A stretch of 64,000 nt of DNA, from contig CAYWES010000002.1 in NCBI GenBank assembly GCA_964457625.1, forward strand, positions 30,239 through 94,238, read 5' to 3'. The translations under genes were made by a program, and so were the position numbers. This DNA comes from an uncultured Candidatus Saccharibacteria bacterium (GTDB lineage: Bacteria; Patescibacteriota; Minisyncoccia; Phycocordibacterales; UBA1550). Below are positions 54,020 to 64,000 of this stretch, one piece after another; within the stretch, counting starts at the first letter, position 1, and the number at the start of each line of letters is the position of its first letter. A model generated the notes under the pieces. It had not been told where the DNA came from and did not search any database. It worked only from the letters and a program-made list of their open reading frames with translations.

Positions 54020-56263
54020 ATGCGCGTCAAAGCTCTCGAAATTTCAGGGTTTAAATCATTTGCTCGCAAGAGCTCTTTTGAGTTTGGGGCGCAGGTTTCG
54101 GCTATTGTGGGCCCCAATGGCTCGGGAAAATCAAACGTCGCCGAGGCACTCCGCTTTGTGCTCGGGGAGCAGTCGCTCAAGTCCATGCGTGGCAAGCGCA
54201 CCGAGGATCTCATCTGGAACGGATCAAAGAGCGTAGAGCGTCAAAATCGCGCGCGCGTGACGATTACCTTTGATAATAGTGACCATACGTTTCCGATTGA
54301 CTACGGAGAGGTCTCCATCGCGCGCGAGATTCACCGCGATGCCTCAAGTGAGTATTTTATCAACGACTCGCCGGTGCGCTTGAAAGATGTCATTGAGCTC
54401 CTCGCCACGGTGCACATCGGCGCATCGGGGCACCACATCATTTCTCAGGGTGAAGCGGATCGTATTTTAAACGCGACACCAAAGGATCGTCGCGCGATGA
54501 TAGAAGACGCGCTTGGTCTCAAAGTATATCACTGGAAAATCTCCGAGAGTGAAAAGAAGCTCGCAAAGACCGAAGAAAATATGCGCCAGACGGAGTCTCT
54601 CCGCCGTGAGATTGCTCCGCACATCAAGTTTTTGAAAAAGCAGGTGGAGAAGATTGAGCAGGCACGAAGTATCCGTGACGAGCTCCTCGGACTCTATCAT
54701 GAATATCTGAAACGCGAAGAGTGGTATATCACGACTGCGCGCGAAACATTTCGCGTAGAGCAAGATGTTTTGGAGCGAGATTTGGCAGTCACCGAAGAAG
54801 AGCTCGCGCAGGCGCTTTCACAGCGAGGCGCGCGTGCGGAGGAGAGTCCCGAGGGAGCGGAGCTTCTCCGTGTACGCGGGGAGCTCGGTACGATGCGTCG
54901 TGAGCGTGATGAGCTGGGGCGCAAGATTGGGCGCCTGGAGGGAATGATAGAGTCCGAGGAGCGTCGCCTTCAAACCCCACGAGAAACCGCCGAGAGGATG
55001 ATTTCCGCGCGCACCAGTGAGTCCCTCGCCCAAGAGATATATGATGAGCTCGGCGCTATTGAGACGAGCGAGGATCGTATTCATATACGAGCGGTTGTGC
55101 AAAAGCTCCGCGACCGCGTGAACCACTTTCTTGAGATGCTCCGTGGTGGAGGAGGGGGTATGGAAGAAGAGCGCCACGCGCGGGAGGCAGAGCTTTTGGG
55201 CTACAAAGGGGAGCGTGATAATCTCCTTGCTTCGCAGACAGGCATAGACGCATCCCTTGAGCGTCTTGATATTCGCGTGCGTGAGCTTGAACAGATTTTG
55301 GAATCAAAGCGCGCTGAGACGAGCGATGCCGAAAGGAGATCCTTTGAGCTTCGCTCAAAAAAGCAGGAGCTCACGCTTCGCCTCGGTATGCTCAAAGATC
55401 GCACAGAGCACCTTGCTCGTGAAGAGACGGCATTTCAGGAGGAGCTTCGTGAGGGAAGTATCCTTGTGGGGCGCGTGATTTTGGACTACACGGGATTTAC
55501 CTTTGATGAGGAGAGCGCGCGCGGAGAATCTCGTGATGTACAAGAAGATCGTCGCAAAAAGATTGAGCGCTTAAAGATTCGCCTTGAGGACATCGTGGGT
55601 GGTGGCTCAGGTGAGGATACGATGCGTGAATACGAGGAGACAGTCGCACGTGATGCATTTTTGGAAAAAGAGCTTGAGGATCTGCGCCAGTCTTCCGAGA
55701 GTCTCCGTGCCCTCATCCGTGACCTTGAGGAAACACTCAATACGCAATTCAAAGACGGCATTACAAAAATCAACAAACAGTTTAGTGAGTTTTTCGCACT
55801 TATGTTTGGCGGTGGCTCGGCAACACTTCAGGTGACCCTTGAGAAAAAGCGCAAAAAGTCAGACCTTGACATTGAGGATGCGCCTCCTGATGACGAAGAA
55901 GAAGGTGAGGAGGGGATTGAAGTTGCCGTGTCGCTCCCGCACAAAAAGATTCGCGGACTCCAAATGCTCTCGGGCGGTGAGCGCGCGCTGACCTCTATCG
56001 CGCTCCTCTTTGCGATTTCCCAGGTGAATCCACCTCCATTCCTCGTCCTTGATGAGACCGATGCCGCGCTTGACGAGGCAAACTCAAGGAAGTACGGCGA
56101 TATGATTGAAAATCTCGCAAAGTACTCTCAGCTCATCGTCATCACGCACAACCGCGAGACCATGTCCCGCGCGGGCATTATCTACGGTGTCACCATGGGC
56201 TCCGATGCAATCTCCAAGCTTCTCTCTATCAAGTTTGAAGAAGCAGCGCAGTTGGCGAAATAA
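54020..56263 (+). CDS. smc: SMC-like chromosome segregation ATPase (short, ~747 aa)
   Basis: Walker A motif GPNGSGKSN, long coiled-coil, ABC signature LSGGERALTS and Walker B LVLDETDAALD. Confidence 0.7.
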   Translation: MRVKALEISGFKSFARKSSFEFGAQVSAIVGPNGSGKSNVAEALRFVLGEQSLKSMRGKRTEDLIWNGSKSVERQNRARVTITFDNSDHTFPIDYGEVSIAREIHRDASSEYFINDSPVRLKDVIELLATVHIGASGHHIISQGEADRILNATPKDRRAMIEDALGLKVYHWKISESEKKLAKTEENMRQTESLRREIAPHIKFLKKQVEKIEQARSIRDELLGLYHEYLKREEWYITTARETFRVEQDVLERDLAVTEEELAQALSQRGARAEESPEGAELLRVRGELGTMRRERDELGRKIGRLEGMIESEERRLQTPRETAERMISARTSESLAQEIYDELGAIETSEDRIHIRAVVQKLRDRVNHFLEMLRGGGGGMEEERHAREAELLGYKGERDNLLASQTGIDASLERLDIRVRELEQILESKRAETSDAERRSFELRSKKQELTLRLGMLKDRTEHLAREETAFQEELREGSILVGRVILDYTGFTFDEESARGESRDVQEDRRKKIERLKIRLEDIVGGGSGEDTMREYEETVARDAFLEKELEDLRQSSESLRALIRDLEETLNTQFKDGITKINKQFSEFFALMFGGGSATLQVTLEKKRKKSDLDIEDAPPDDEEEGEEGIEVAVSLPHKKIRGLQMLSGGERALTSIALLFAISQVNPPPFLVLDETDAALDEANSRKYGDMIENLAKYSQLIVITHNRETMSRAGIIYGVTMGSDAISKLLSIKFEEAAQLAK

Positions 56264-56300
56264 TACGCTTTGTTTGATTACCGCATGGGGAGGTGGTATT

Positions 56301-56801
56301 ATGCAAACATATATGTCTTTGTTAACATTATTGTTTTTTTGCACCGCATTAACTAACTATCATTTTTACAAAAATGGCCTATTTAATTCATTTAGGGGGA
56401 ATTTGCCCCCGATATATGCTGCTGGGAAAGGTCCACTCATAGTTTGGACATGGAAGATAATACTTTTTGTTTCTGATATTTTCTTTGCTAATATAATGTT
56501 AGCAGTCTTTCATTTATTTATAATTCAAGTTGTTGTAAAATTCTTCGCACTTAAAAGTGCGATAAATGAACAAGGCGACATTTATTACGTCCTCAGTGGT
56601 CGTAGGATTATCAAAGATGTAGCAGCAACAAAACAAGATATAGACAATCAGCTAGACAAAGTTCAAAAAAAAGAGGTTGAACGTGAATCAAGAGATCTTA
56701 TAAAGGGTCAAATTTTTGGCACTTTTGGAAGTGGAATTTTTGAAGAACGTCATAGTATGTTATTCAATTTTCTTTTTGGAAAAAGAAAATTTTGGCACTA
56801 A
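56301..56801 (+). CDS. Membrane protein, hypothetical (AT-rich)
   Basis: SD GGAGGTGG before the ATG at 56301, then multiple hydrophobic helices. The track ORF 56106 extends upstream into the smc 3' end. Confidence 0.4.
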   Translation: MQTYMSLLTLLFFCTALTNYHFYKNGLFNSFRGNLPPIYAAGKGPLIVWTWKIILFVSDIFFANIMLAVFHLFIIQVVVKFFALKSAINEQGDIYYVLSGRRIIKDVAATKQDIDNQLDKVQKKEVERESRDLIKGQIFGTFGSGIFEERHSMLFNFLFGKRKFWH

Positions 56802-56871
56802 GTAAAGTGGGAAGGTGCTGTGCGAAATAAAATGTGTTTAGAATAACGAGACACTAAACTTCCTGTTGTTT

Positions 56872-57582
56872 TTATGTTAAATAATGCTCAAGCGTATAAA
56901 TCCAGTCTTCTTCGTCGGCTGGATTTTGTTTTTTCTGATCCAGAAGCCACTTGAGGTATCCTGCGTCTGTCTTTGCGACGTCGGCGATGGGTTTATCAAG
57001 ATATTTGCCAAAGTTAAAGGTGCGTATGAGTGAGGGACGCGCGGAGACCGCGAGCATCTCGGCGAGCGCCTTTTCCTCATCACCCATTTCCTGTATCATC
57101 TTTGCTCTGAGGCGCTCAAAAAGTGCTTCAAGGATTTTCACATCACCAAGGGCGTCATGCGCCTGGGCTTCAATATCAATATCAAGATAGTAGCGGAGGA
57201 ACTGGAGGTTGTAGCGAGGAATCACGCCTTCTTTATCCAAGTGGCGAGCAAGGCGGAGGGTGCAGATGAATTTGGGAATCTCAATACCTTCTTTTTTAAA
57301 CATTCCGATATCAAACTTTGCATTGTGGGCTACGGGGATGACTTCACCGCCCTCAAAGAGCGCCTTAATCGTCGCGTAATCTTTGCTCTCGCGAAAGGCA
57401 GGCTTGTCCGCAATCATGCGATTGGTGATGTGGTGCACGGCGCTCGCTTCCGGAGGAATGGGGGATTCCGGCTTGTAGAGCTCAGAGAATTCTGTGTCAC
57501 CGAGCTTGTAGGCGATTTGGCAGAGGAAATCAGTTTCCTTGTTGCCGGTGGTTTCGGTATCAAAAAAAAGAAAATGAGACAT
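56872..57582 (-). CDS. DEDDh 3'-5' exonuclease (DnaQ-like) with a C-terminal extension
   Basis: Exo I (FFDTETTG), Exo II (HNAKFDIGMF) and Exo III (HDALGDV) motifs. Confidence 0.75.
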   Translation of the reverse strand: MSHFLFFDTETTGNKETDFLCQIAYKLGDTEFSELYKPESPIPPEASAVHHITNRMIADKPAFRESKDYATIKALFEGGEVIPVAHNAKFDIGMFKKEGIEIPKFICTLRLARHLDKEGVIPRYNLQFLRYYLDIDIEAQAHDALGDVKILEALFERLRAKMIQEMGDEEKALAEMLAVSARPSLIRTFNFGKYLDKPIADVAKTDAGYLKWLLDQKKQNPADEEDWIYTLEHYLT

Positions 57583-57618
57583 GAGATAAGTATACAAGAA
57601 AGTCGTACGTTTGTAAGC

Positions 57619-59604
57619 CTAATTCACCAGCGCGTAATCAATGCTCTTTTTCCCCAGATCTACCGCTTTGACATTGAAGGTGACTTTGTCACCCAGGGTG
57701 AAGGTCTTTTTCGTTTGTTTGCCGATGACGCGATAGTGATCTTTTTCAAAGATAAAGAAGTCGTTGCCAAGCTCAGAAATGCGCACGAGTCCTTCGCACT
57801 TGGTCTCGTCTTCTTCTACAAAGATTCCCCACTCGGTGACGCCTGAGACGACACCTGTGAATGTTTGTCCGATGCGCTCGCTCATGTATTCGGCTTGTTT
57901 AAATTTGATAGATGCGCGCTCCGCGTCGGCGGCGAGCTTCTCCATTTCGGATGAATGCGCGGTGAGTTTGCGGTATTCTTCCATTTCGCGCGTGGAGACT
58001 TCTTCGCCCTTGAGATAATGCGCGAGGAGGCGATGCACCATCACGTCAGGATAGCGACGAATAGGGGAGGTGAAATGCGTGTAGTGCTCATACGCGAGAC
58101 CATAGTGACCGATGTTTTTTGTCGTGTAGGTCGCCTTTGCCATGGTGCGGACGGTCGCGGTCTGAATCATCGGCTCCTCGGGCTTGCCTTTGATTTGCAT
58201 GAGGAGCTTGTTGATAGCGTGCTGGGGGACGCGTCCGTCTTGGACGGGAAGCTTGTAGCCGAGGCGGGCGAGAAATGTCGCAAGTGCGCTCAGACGCTCG
58301 GGCTTTGGCTCATCATGTACGCGATAGACAAAGAGATTCTCATTGTCTTCGTCCGCTTTTTCGTTTTTGCCAAGCTTTCCGCTCACAAACTCAGCAACTT
58401 TTTTGTTTGCAAGGAGCATGAATTGCTCAATGAGCTTGTTGGTATCTTGAATCTGCTTGCGGTAGACGCCGATAGGCTTTTTGTTTTCATCTAAAATAAA
58501 CTTTACTTCATCATGGGAAAAGCTGATTGCTCCCGCGGATTTATCTTGCGCGCTCATCTTTTTTGCAAGCGTATCAAGGGTGAGGAGCTCCGCGTGATAG
58601 AGCCCTTCTCCTTTGTCTAAAATTTCCTGAGCCTCTTCGTACGTAAAGCGCTTGTTTGAGTGAATCACCGTGCGACCAAACCATTCGGTGAGGGGGTGTA
58701 CGGGGGTCGCGGTATCGGAAAAAGCTTCAGACGAAAAGGTAAACACCGCGGAAAAGGTGAGCTTGTCTTCTTTTTCATTGAGTGAGCAGAGGTCATTGCT
58801 GAGGACTTCGGGGAACATGGGAATCACGCGGTCTACGAGATAAATAGACGTCGCACGCGCACGCGCTTCTTCGTCAATGGGAGTATGTGGCGTGACATAC
58901 GCGGATACATCGGCAATATGCACGCCGATTTCAATCGTGCCATCGGGGAGCGTCTGCACGGAAAGCGCGTCGTCAAAGTCTTTGGCATCAGCAGGGTCAA
59001 TGGTGAAGGTGGTCGCTTCACGCATATCACGGCGAAGTGGGATTTCACGAGAGAGGAGATTTGGCGCGCCGGCCTTGATAGTGTGCGCTTCTCGTTCAAT
59101 GTCTTCAGGGAGATCAGGTACAAGCCCTCGGTCCAAGACGATGGCGCGGATTTCCGTTTCGTTGTCGCCGGCATCACCGATGATTTCCACGATTTCTCCC
59201 GTGGGATTTTTCTTAGGATCAGTCCATTCCGTGATACGCACGAGAGCTTTTTTACCATCAATATCTTTTGCGTCTGATGAGAGGATTAAAATATCCATGT
59301 ACACACGCGTGTCTTGAGGAATGAGGTAATATACACTGCCGTCACGCTCGAGGGTTCCTACAAATGCTTCCTTTGCGCGCTCAAGGACTTCAACAATTTC
59401 TCCTGTTTGTTGCGTGTTGGGGATACGGGCATGAAGTCTCACCCGTACACGGTCGCCGGGAAGCGCGGTATTGAGAAATCCTTGCTCAATGCGTATCGTC
59501 TCTTCGCGGGGAGTTTCTTCGGTGGGGCTCACAAAACCGAGTCCTTTTCCGGTCGTCATAATAGTCCCCTCGAGTACGGTGGGGGAGGTGTGTTGGTCGT
59601 TCAT
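57619..59604 (-). CDS. rnr: Ribonuclease R
   Basis: Cold-shock-like N-terminus, RNB domain (DFDDALSV) and a C-terminal S1 domain. Start set at the ATG at 59604. Confidence 0.9.
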   Translation of the reverse strand: MNDQHTSPTVLEGTIMTTGKGLGFVSPTEETPREETIRIEQGFLNTALPGDRVRVRLHARIPNTQQTGEIVEVLERAKEAFVGTLERDGSVYYLIPQDTRVYMDILILSSDAKDIDGKKALVRITEWTDPKKNPTGEIVEIIGDAGDNETEIRAIVLDRGLVPDLPEDIEREAHTIKAGAPNLLSREIPLRRDMREATTFTIDPADAKDFDDALSVQTLPDGTIEIGVHIADVSAYVTPHTPIDEEARARATSIYLVDRVIPMFPEVLSNDLCSLNEKEDKLTFSAVFTFSSEAFSDTATPVHPLTEWFGRTVIHSNKRFTYEEAQEILDKGEGLYHAELLTLDTLAKKMSAQDKSAGAISFSHDEVKFILDENKKPIGVYRKQIQDTNKLIEQFMLLANKKVAEFVSGKLGKNEKADEDNENLFVYRVHDEPKPERLSALATFLARLGYKLPVQDGRVPQHAINKLLMQIKGKPEEPMIQTATVRTMAKATYTTKNIGHYGLAYEHYTHFTSPIRRYPDVMVHRLLAHYLKGEEVSTREMEEYRKLTAHSSEMEKLAADAERASIKFKQAEYMSERIGQTFTGVVSGVTEWGIFVEEDETKCEGLVRISELGNDFFIFEKDHYRVIGKQTKKTFTLGDKVTFNVKAVDLGKKSIDYALVN

Positions 59605-59672
59605 ATATTTTCTCAGAGTAGCACAAAGGCACTCACTTGACCATTTTCGTGTCTTTTGGTAGGATGCTTTGC

Positions 59673-60071
59673 ATGTTAGCAATTAGATTACAGCGTGTAG
59701 GACGCAAGAATGACCCATCATTCCGCGTCATCGTTACTGATTCAAAGTGGAAGCCAAAGACGGGGAAATTCCTCGAGATTTTGGGTTCATATGATGCTCG
59801 CAAGGGAGAGCCGGTCATTAATGCTGACCGCACCAAGCACTGGCTCTCTGTGGGCGCACAAGCATCGGGGACCGTACACAATATCCTCGTTGACCTCAAG
59901 CTCGTCGAGGGAAAGAAAGTGAACGTTCTCGGCAAAAAGACACCAATCGTAAAAGAAGAAGCTCCCGTAGCAGCTCCTGCTGAAAGTGCTCCCGCTGATG
60001 CTCCGGCACCTGCAGAAGCTCCCGCAGAAGCAGCGCCTGTTGCACCTGAGGCAGAGACTCAGACAGCGTAG
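59673..60071 (+). CDS. rpsP: 30S ribosomal protein S16 with an Ala/Pro-rich C-terminal tail
   Basis: MLAIRLQRVGRKNDPSFRVIVTDSK...GSYD matches the S16 N-terminus. Confidence 0.85.
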   Translation: MLAIRLQRVGRKNDPSFRVIVTDSKWKPKTGKFLEILGSYDARKGEPVINADRTKHWLSVGAQASGTVHNILVDLKLVEGKKVNVLGKKTPIVKEEAPVAAPAESAPADAPAPAEAPAEAAPVAPEAETQTA

Positions 60072-60178
60072 TTCGTTAGATTTTGTCGGTCAAGGTTTGC
60101 TCCTCCGGAGCACCTTGCATACCACACCATAGTTTCTTTCCTTATTTACCCAGATGACTGTTAAGATATAAGACTGAT

Positions 60179-60496
60179 ATGACCAACCAGGAACCAGATG
60201 TAGTATTTCTCGAATTTGTTATTAAGGCACTCGTCGATCATCCTGACGATGTGCGCGTACATCGTGTGATTGATGAGATGGGCGTTTTGATTACCCTCGA
60301 TGTCAATCCTCATGATATGGGGAAAGTTATCGGTCGTGATGGCAATACTGCCAAGGCAATCCGCACCCTCCTCCGTGTGGTAGGTATGAAAAACAACGCG
60401 CGCGTAAATCTCAAGATAAACGAGCCCGACGGTGTAGAACAATCTTCTGCTCCAACAAAAACTCCTGAAGAGGTGGCAGAGACCATCGCCTCATAA
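60179..60496 (+). CDS. KH-domain RNA-binding protein (YlqC/UPF0109-like)
   Basis: VIGRDGNTAKAIRTLL GXXG KH motif. Located in the conserved rpsP-KH-trmD neighbourhood. Confidence 0.75.
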   Translation: MTNQEPDVVFLEFVIKALVDHPDDVRVHRVIDEMGVLITLDVNPHDMGKVIGRDGNTAKAIRTLLRVVGMKNNARVNLKINEPDGVEQSSAPTKTPEEVAETIAS

Positions 60497-60506
60497 AGTA
60501 ATCAAC

Positions 60507-60538
60507 AAAAACTCGGAGACGCTCGTTTCCGAGTTTTT
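60507..60538 (+). terminator. Rho-independent terminator
   Basis: ACTCGGAGACG-CTC-GTTTCCGAGT followed by TTTT. Confidence 0.6.
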
Positions 60539-60550
60539 GTTTCTCTAACA

Positions 60551-61210
60551 ATGATTCGTTTTCATATCATCACACTCTTTCCTGACGTAGTACGCGCATA
60601 CTGTGATGCGTCTATCCTTGGGCGTGCTCAGGAAGCGGGTCATATTGAGGTTTCGTATGTGAATCCTCGCGACTTTTCACGCGACCGTCATCAGAAGGTG
60701 GATGATCGTCCATATGGTGGTGGCCCCGGTATGGTTATGAGTCCTGATCCGCTCGTGCGCGCACTTGAATCTGTCACAAAGCGCATAGCCCGCAGGAAAC
60801 AATCAAAGACGAAAGTTATCCTCTTCGCGCCCGGGGGGATGCTCTTTACAAATACTTCTGCAAAAAGTCTCACAGGACGCTACACGGATATCATCCTTAT
60901 TGCGGGACGCTACGAGGGGATTGATGCACGCGTGAAAAAGATTTTTAAGGCGCAGGAGATGAGTGTGGGAAATTTTGTCCTGACAGGTGGGGAAGTGCCG
61001 GCAATGATTGTCGTTGACGCTTGTGCCCGGCAGATTCCCGGAGTCTTGGGAACACATGAGTCTCTGGAAGAGGAACGGACAGCATCGCCGGAAATGTATA
61101 CACGCCCTGAAGTATATGAATACAAGGGGAAGAAATATCGTGTTCCCAAGATTCTCACCAAAGGGAATCACAAAGAGATTGAAGCGTGGCGCGCAAAAAA
61201 GAAAAAATAA
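60551..61210 (+). CDS. trmD: tRNA (guanine37-N1)-methyltransferase
   Basis: FHIITLFPD SPOUT N-terminus and GGGPGMV. Confidence 0.9.
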   Translation: MIRFHIITLFPDVVRAYCDASILGRAQEAGHIEVSYVNPRDFSRDRHQKVDDRPYGGGPGMVMSPDPLVRALESVTKRIARRKQSKTKVILFAPGGMLFTNTSAKSLTGRYTDIILIAGRYEGIDARVKKIFKAQEMSVGNFVLTGGEVPAMIVVDACARQIPGVLGTHESLEEERTASPEMYTRPEVYEYKGKKYRVPKILTKGNHKEIEAWRAKKKK

Positions 61211-61316
61211 TATTCAATTACATTGAATTCCTCAAAGAATATACTCGGAAGAGTTCTCTCGTAAAACCCTTTTATTTTTTCAAACTTTTTGGTAGAATGC
61301 GGGGACTTTTTTATTT

Positions 61317-62066
61317 ATGGCTATAGCAGATCATGGTATTCATATCGCCCTCTCGGCGGAGCGTCTTGGCACCTTTGCCGGTGTCCCCATCACCAATACT
61401 TTGGTGATGAGCTTTGTGGTTATGGCGCTCCTAGGTATTTTGACCTATGCGGTACGCGCGCGCCTCGCGCTCGTCCCCGGACGCCTTCAAACGACCGTTG
61501 AAGTTGTTTTCACCACCGCTCTTGATTACATGACGGAGACGCTTGGGGATGCAAAGCTTGCACGGAAGGTGTTTCCGCTTATCGTAACCATTTTCCTCTT
61601 TGTGTTTGTGGCAAATGTCATCGAGTTTACTCCGGGTATTGGGAGTGTGGGAGTCCACACTTCTGAAGGGGAGTTTGCCCCCCTCCTGCGCTCCCTCAAT
61701 ACTGACTTAAATGTAACCATCGCGCTCTCGCTCATTGCCTTTCTTGCTATTGAGATTATCGGTGTTGCGACGATAGGATTCTTGAAATATGGGAAGAAAT
61801 TTGTTAACCTTACCTCGGCTTTAGGTTTTTTGGTAGGAATTATCGAACTTTTTTCCGAAGTTGCGCGGTTGGTCTCTTTTTCTTTCCGTCTTTTTGGAAA
61901 TATTTTCGCGGGGGAAGTCTTGGTGCACGTTATCCAGTATTTCGTGCCCATTGTGCTCCCGGTTCCTATCATGGCGTTTGAAGTGTTTATTGGGCTTATC
62001 CAGGCGATAATTTTCGCCCTCCTAACGCTCTTCTTTATAAAGATCGCGATTACGGAACCGCATTAA
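61317..62066 (+). CDS. atpB: ATP synthase F0 subunit a
   Basis: Conserved FRLFGNIFAGE Arg-containing helix. Polytopic membrane protein. Confidence 0.85.
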   Translation: MAIADHGIHIALSAERLGTFAGVPITNTLVMSFVVMALLGILTYAVRARLALVPGRLQTTVEVVFTTALDYMTETLGDAKLARKVFPLIVTIFLFVFVANVIEFTPGIGSVGVHTSEGEFAPLLRSLNTDLNVTIALSLIAFLAIEIIGVATIGFLKYGKKFVNLTSALGFLVGIIELFSEVARLVSFSFRLFGNIFAGEVLVHVIQYFVPIVLPVPIMAFEVFIGLIQAIIFALLTLFFIKIAITEPH

Positions 62067-62100
62067 TAATTTAACCACGCGCATCTTGGTGCGCGTTTAG

Positions 62101-62340
<240 letters not shown>

Positions 62341-62364
62341 TAGCAAAAACCTCCTCGTCTCTTT

Positions 62365-62808
62365 ATGGAACAAGTCATTGCCGTCTTTGGTATTAACTGG
62401 AAACTCCTCCTTATCCAGGCGGTAAACTTTCTCTTGCTCCTTGTTCTTCTCCATCATTTTCTCTATCGTCCTGTTCTCAAGATGATTGATACGCGCAAGC
62501 GTATGATTGAGGATTCTGTACGAAAAGCCGAACTCATAGAAGAAGACGCGGAGAAGGCTGAAGAAGATCGCAATGCTCTCCTCGGCAAGGCGACGCGGGA
62601 GGGTGACGCACTCGTTGAGGCTGCGCGTGCACGCGCCCTTGAAGAAGAGCAAGCGCTCGTCAAAGAGGCTCAACGCAAGGCATCACATCTTGTGCTTGAG
62701 GCGGAGCGCCGAGCACTCCGGGGGAAGGAAGAAATACTCAAAGAGACAGAGCGTGAGGTCGCGCGCGCCGCAGTACTCGCAGCGGAAAAGATTCTCCTCA
62801 AGAAATAA
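62365..62808 (+). CDS. atpF: ATP synthase F0 subunit b
   Basis: N-terminal TM helix followed by a long charged coiled-coil (AEEDRNALL...). Confidence 0.8.
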   Translation: MEQVIAVFGINWKLLLIQAVNFLLLLVLLHHFLYRPVLKMIDTRKRMIEDSVRKAELIEEDAEKAEEDRNALLGKATREGDALVEAARARALEEEQALVKEAQRKASHLVLEAERRALRGKEEILKETEREVARAAVLAAEKILLKK

Positions 62809-62818
62809 TCATAAGAAT

Positions 62819-63217
62819 ATGAAAGCACGCTGGTATGCCGAAGCGCTCTTGCGCGCTCTCGAAGGAAAATCAAAAAAAGAAGAGGAGCGTATCGTTGCAA
62901 ATTTTTACCGAGTAGTACGCGCGCGCGGACACGAGAAGCTCCTTCCTCGTATCCCTCGTGAGCTTGAGGCCTCCTTGTCTCAAAAAGCAAAGGATGAAAC
63001 GGTAACACTCGTCACCGCGGACGTAAAAAGTTTTTCAAAATGGAGTCACGCCTGCGACCACTATGAGCACGAAGGGATTCTTCCCTCAGGACAAACGCCT
63101 AAACACATCGTAGATAAAGGGATTATCGGAGGATACCAAATACGAAGCAACCGACTCCTCATCGACGCAAGTTATAAACGATCTCTCCTCAACCTGTATC
63201 GCACTATTACCAAATAA
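62819..63217 (+). CDS. atpH: ATP synthase F1 subunit delta (OSCP)
   Basis: ATG at 62819, in frame within the longer track ORF. Positioned between atpF and atpA. OSCP-like helical N-terminus. Confidence 0.7.
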   Translation: MKARWYAEALLRALEGKSKKEEERIVANFYRVVRARGHEKLLPRIPRELEASLSQKAKDETVTLVTADVKSFSKWSHACDHYEHEGILPSGQTPKHIVDKGIIGGYQIRSNRLLIDASYKRSLLNLYRTITK

Positions 63218-63232
63218 GTCAAAATCACTTCC

Positions 63233-64000
63233 ATGAACAGCATCCTCATCGAAAAAATCAAGAAAGAAATCGAAGCATTAAACACGAGTACGACCGTTGA
63301 GCGTATTGGCACGGTGGTTGCTTCGGGTGACGGTATTGCCGAGATTGAGGGCCTTGATGATGCGCGCATGGCGGAGATGGTTGTCTTTGAGGATGATGCG
63401 AAAGGGTCTCTTGAGGATGCGCTTGACCACGCTCCTATTGTGGGATTTGTCCTCAACCTTGAGGAGAATTTTGTAAAAGCGGTTTTGCTTTCCGGAGCAG
63501 ATCGCGTGCATGAGGGGATGACCGTGAAAGCATTGGGAAAGACGCTCTCTATCCCTGTTTCCAAAGAAATGATTGGTCGCGTGGTAAACGCGCTCGGAGA
63601 GCCTATTGACGGCAAAGGCGCACTCCCCGAAGAAGACAGACTCCCTGTGGAGCGTATTGCGTTTGGTGTGATTGATCGTTCGGGAGTTGATACTCCTCTC
63701 CATACAGGGATTAAGGCGATTGACTCTATGATTCCCGTTGGTCGTGGACAACGCGAGCTTATCATTGGAGACCGTGGTACCGGCAAGACATCTATTGCAC
63801 TCGACACGATTTTAAATCAGGTTAGTGAACCCGAAGAAACCCGTCCTATTTGTATCTATGTTGCGATTGGTCAAAAAGAATCAAAAATCGCACGTATCGT
63901 TGCTGAGCTCACCGAGCGTGGAGCGATGGATTATTCTGTCGTTGTGGTCGCGGGAGCTTCGGAGCCTGCCGCGATGCAATATCTCGCGCCGTTTACGGGG
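63233..64000 (+). CDS. atpA: ATP synthase F1 subunit alpha (3'-truncated by the window edge)
   Basis: N-terminal beta-barrel and Walker A GDRGTGKT. The ORF runs off the window end. Confidence 0.9.
   Translation, partial: MNSILIEKIKKEIEALNTSTTVERIGTVVASGDGIAEIEGLDDARMAEMVVFEDDAKGSLEDALDHAPIVGFVLNLEENFVKAVLLSGADRVHEGMTVKALGKTLSIPVSKEMIGRVVNALGEPIDGKGALPEEDRLPVERIAFGVIDRSGVDTPLHTGIKAIDSMIPVGRGQRELIIGDRGTGKTSIALDTILNQVSEPEETRPICIYVAIGQKESKIARIVAELTERGAMDYSVVVVAGASEPAAMQYLAPFTG

Noticed and set aside
56106-56300. Upstream extension of the 56301 membrane-protein ORF into the 3' end of smc (track ORF 56106-56801)
   Set aside because: The extension overlaps the conserved SMC C-terminus in another frame. 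A strong SD (GGAGGTGG) precedes the ATG at 56301, which is taken as the true start.

Overview
This 64-kb window appears to come from a small-genome bacterium with about 50% GC and several AT-rich pockets. The gene content suggests a CPR/Patescibacteria-like organism: compact housekeeping genes, shortened PheS, S1 and ThrS, a short SMC, an F0F1 ATP synthase operon and many small unknown membrane proteins. That assignment is inference only.

The left 10.4 kb is an accessory cell-surface island. Its genes are all on the plus strand and tightly packed, and all encode signal-peptide or transmembrane-anchored proteins:
- a secreted acidic protein (555-1634);
- two paralogous surface proteins sharing a C-terminal domain of about 150 aa (1638-2627, 2734-3801);
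- a surface protein with a C-terminal transmembrane anchor (3835-4815);
- two proteins ending in near-identical type-I dockerin modules, one of them a 956-aa parallel beta-helix protein (4817-5863, 5885-8755);
- two membrane-anchored proteins with cohesin-like N-domains (8765-9613, 9616-10395).

Together these form a compact cohesin-dockerin surface-display cluster, which is the most novel-looking system in the window.

The remainder is mostly conserved housekeeping. In order:
- VOC, SDR and pirin genes; a DEAD-box helicase; trxB; ftsZ-ftsA; ybeY; rpsU; hisS; lepB; pth; rpsA; ddl; tRNA-Ala.
- Nudix and 2H-phosphoesterase genes; a metal-homeostasis neighbourhood (DUF305, YibE/F, fur plus a CooC-like ATPase); rsmE; an L,D-transpeptidase fused to a PBP5-like domain; a YdeN-like hydrolase; tRNA-Thr.
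- A serpin interrupted by one in-frame TAA; pheS; pheT carrying an inserted NlpC/P60 domain; a C39-like peptidase; gyrB; thrS; dnaE; rnhB; rpmF; a NusB-Nudix fusion; rnc.
- A short SMC; a DEDDh exonuclease; rnr; rpsP; a KH-domain protein; trmD; atpB-E-F-H-A (atpA truncated at the window end).

Other notable signals:
- G13 and G12 homopolymer tracts sit inside two near-identical promoter-like modules, directly upstream of the serpin gene and of a membrane-protein gene. They are candidate phase-variable promoters.
- A structured intergenic element of about 38 nt occurs twice.
- A Fur-box-like palindrome lies in front of a short terminated transcript, a candidate Fur-regulated sRNA or small ORF.

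No rRNA, CRISPR array, transposase or integrase was found.
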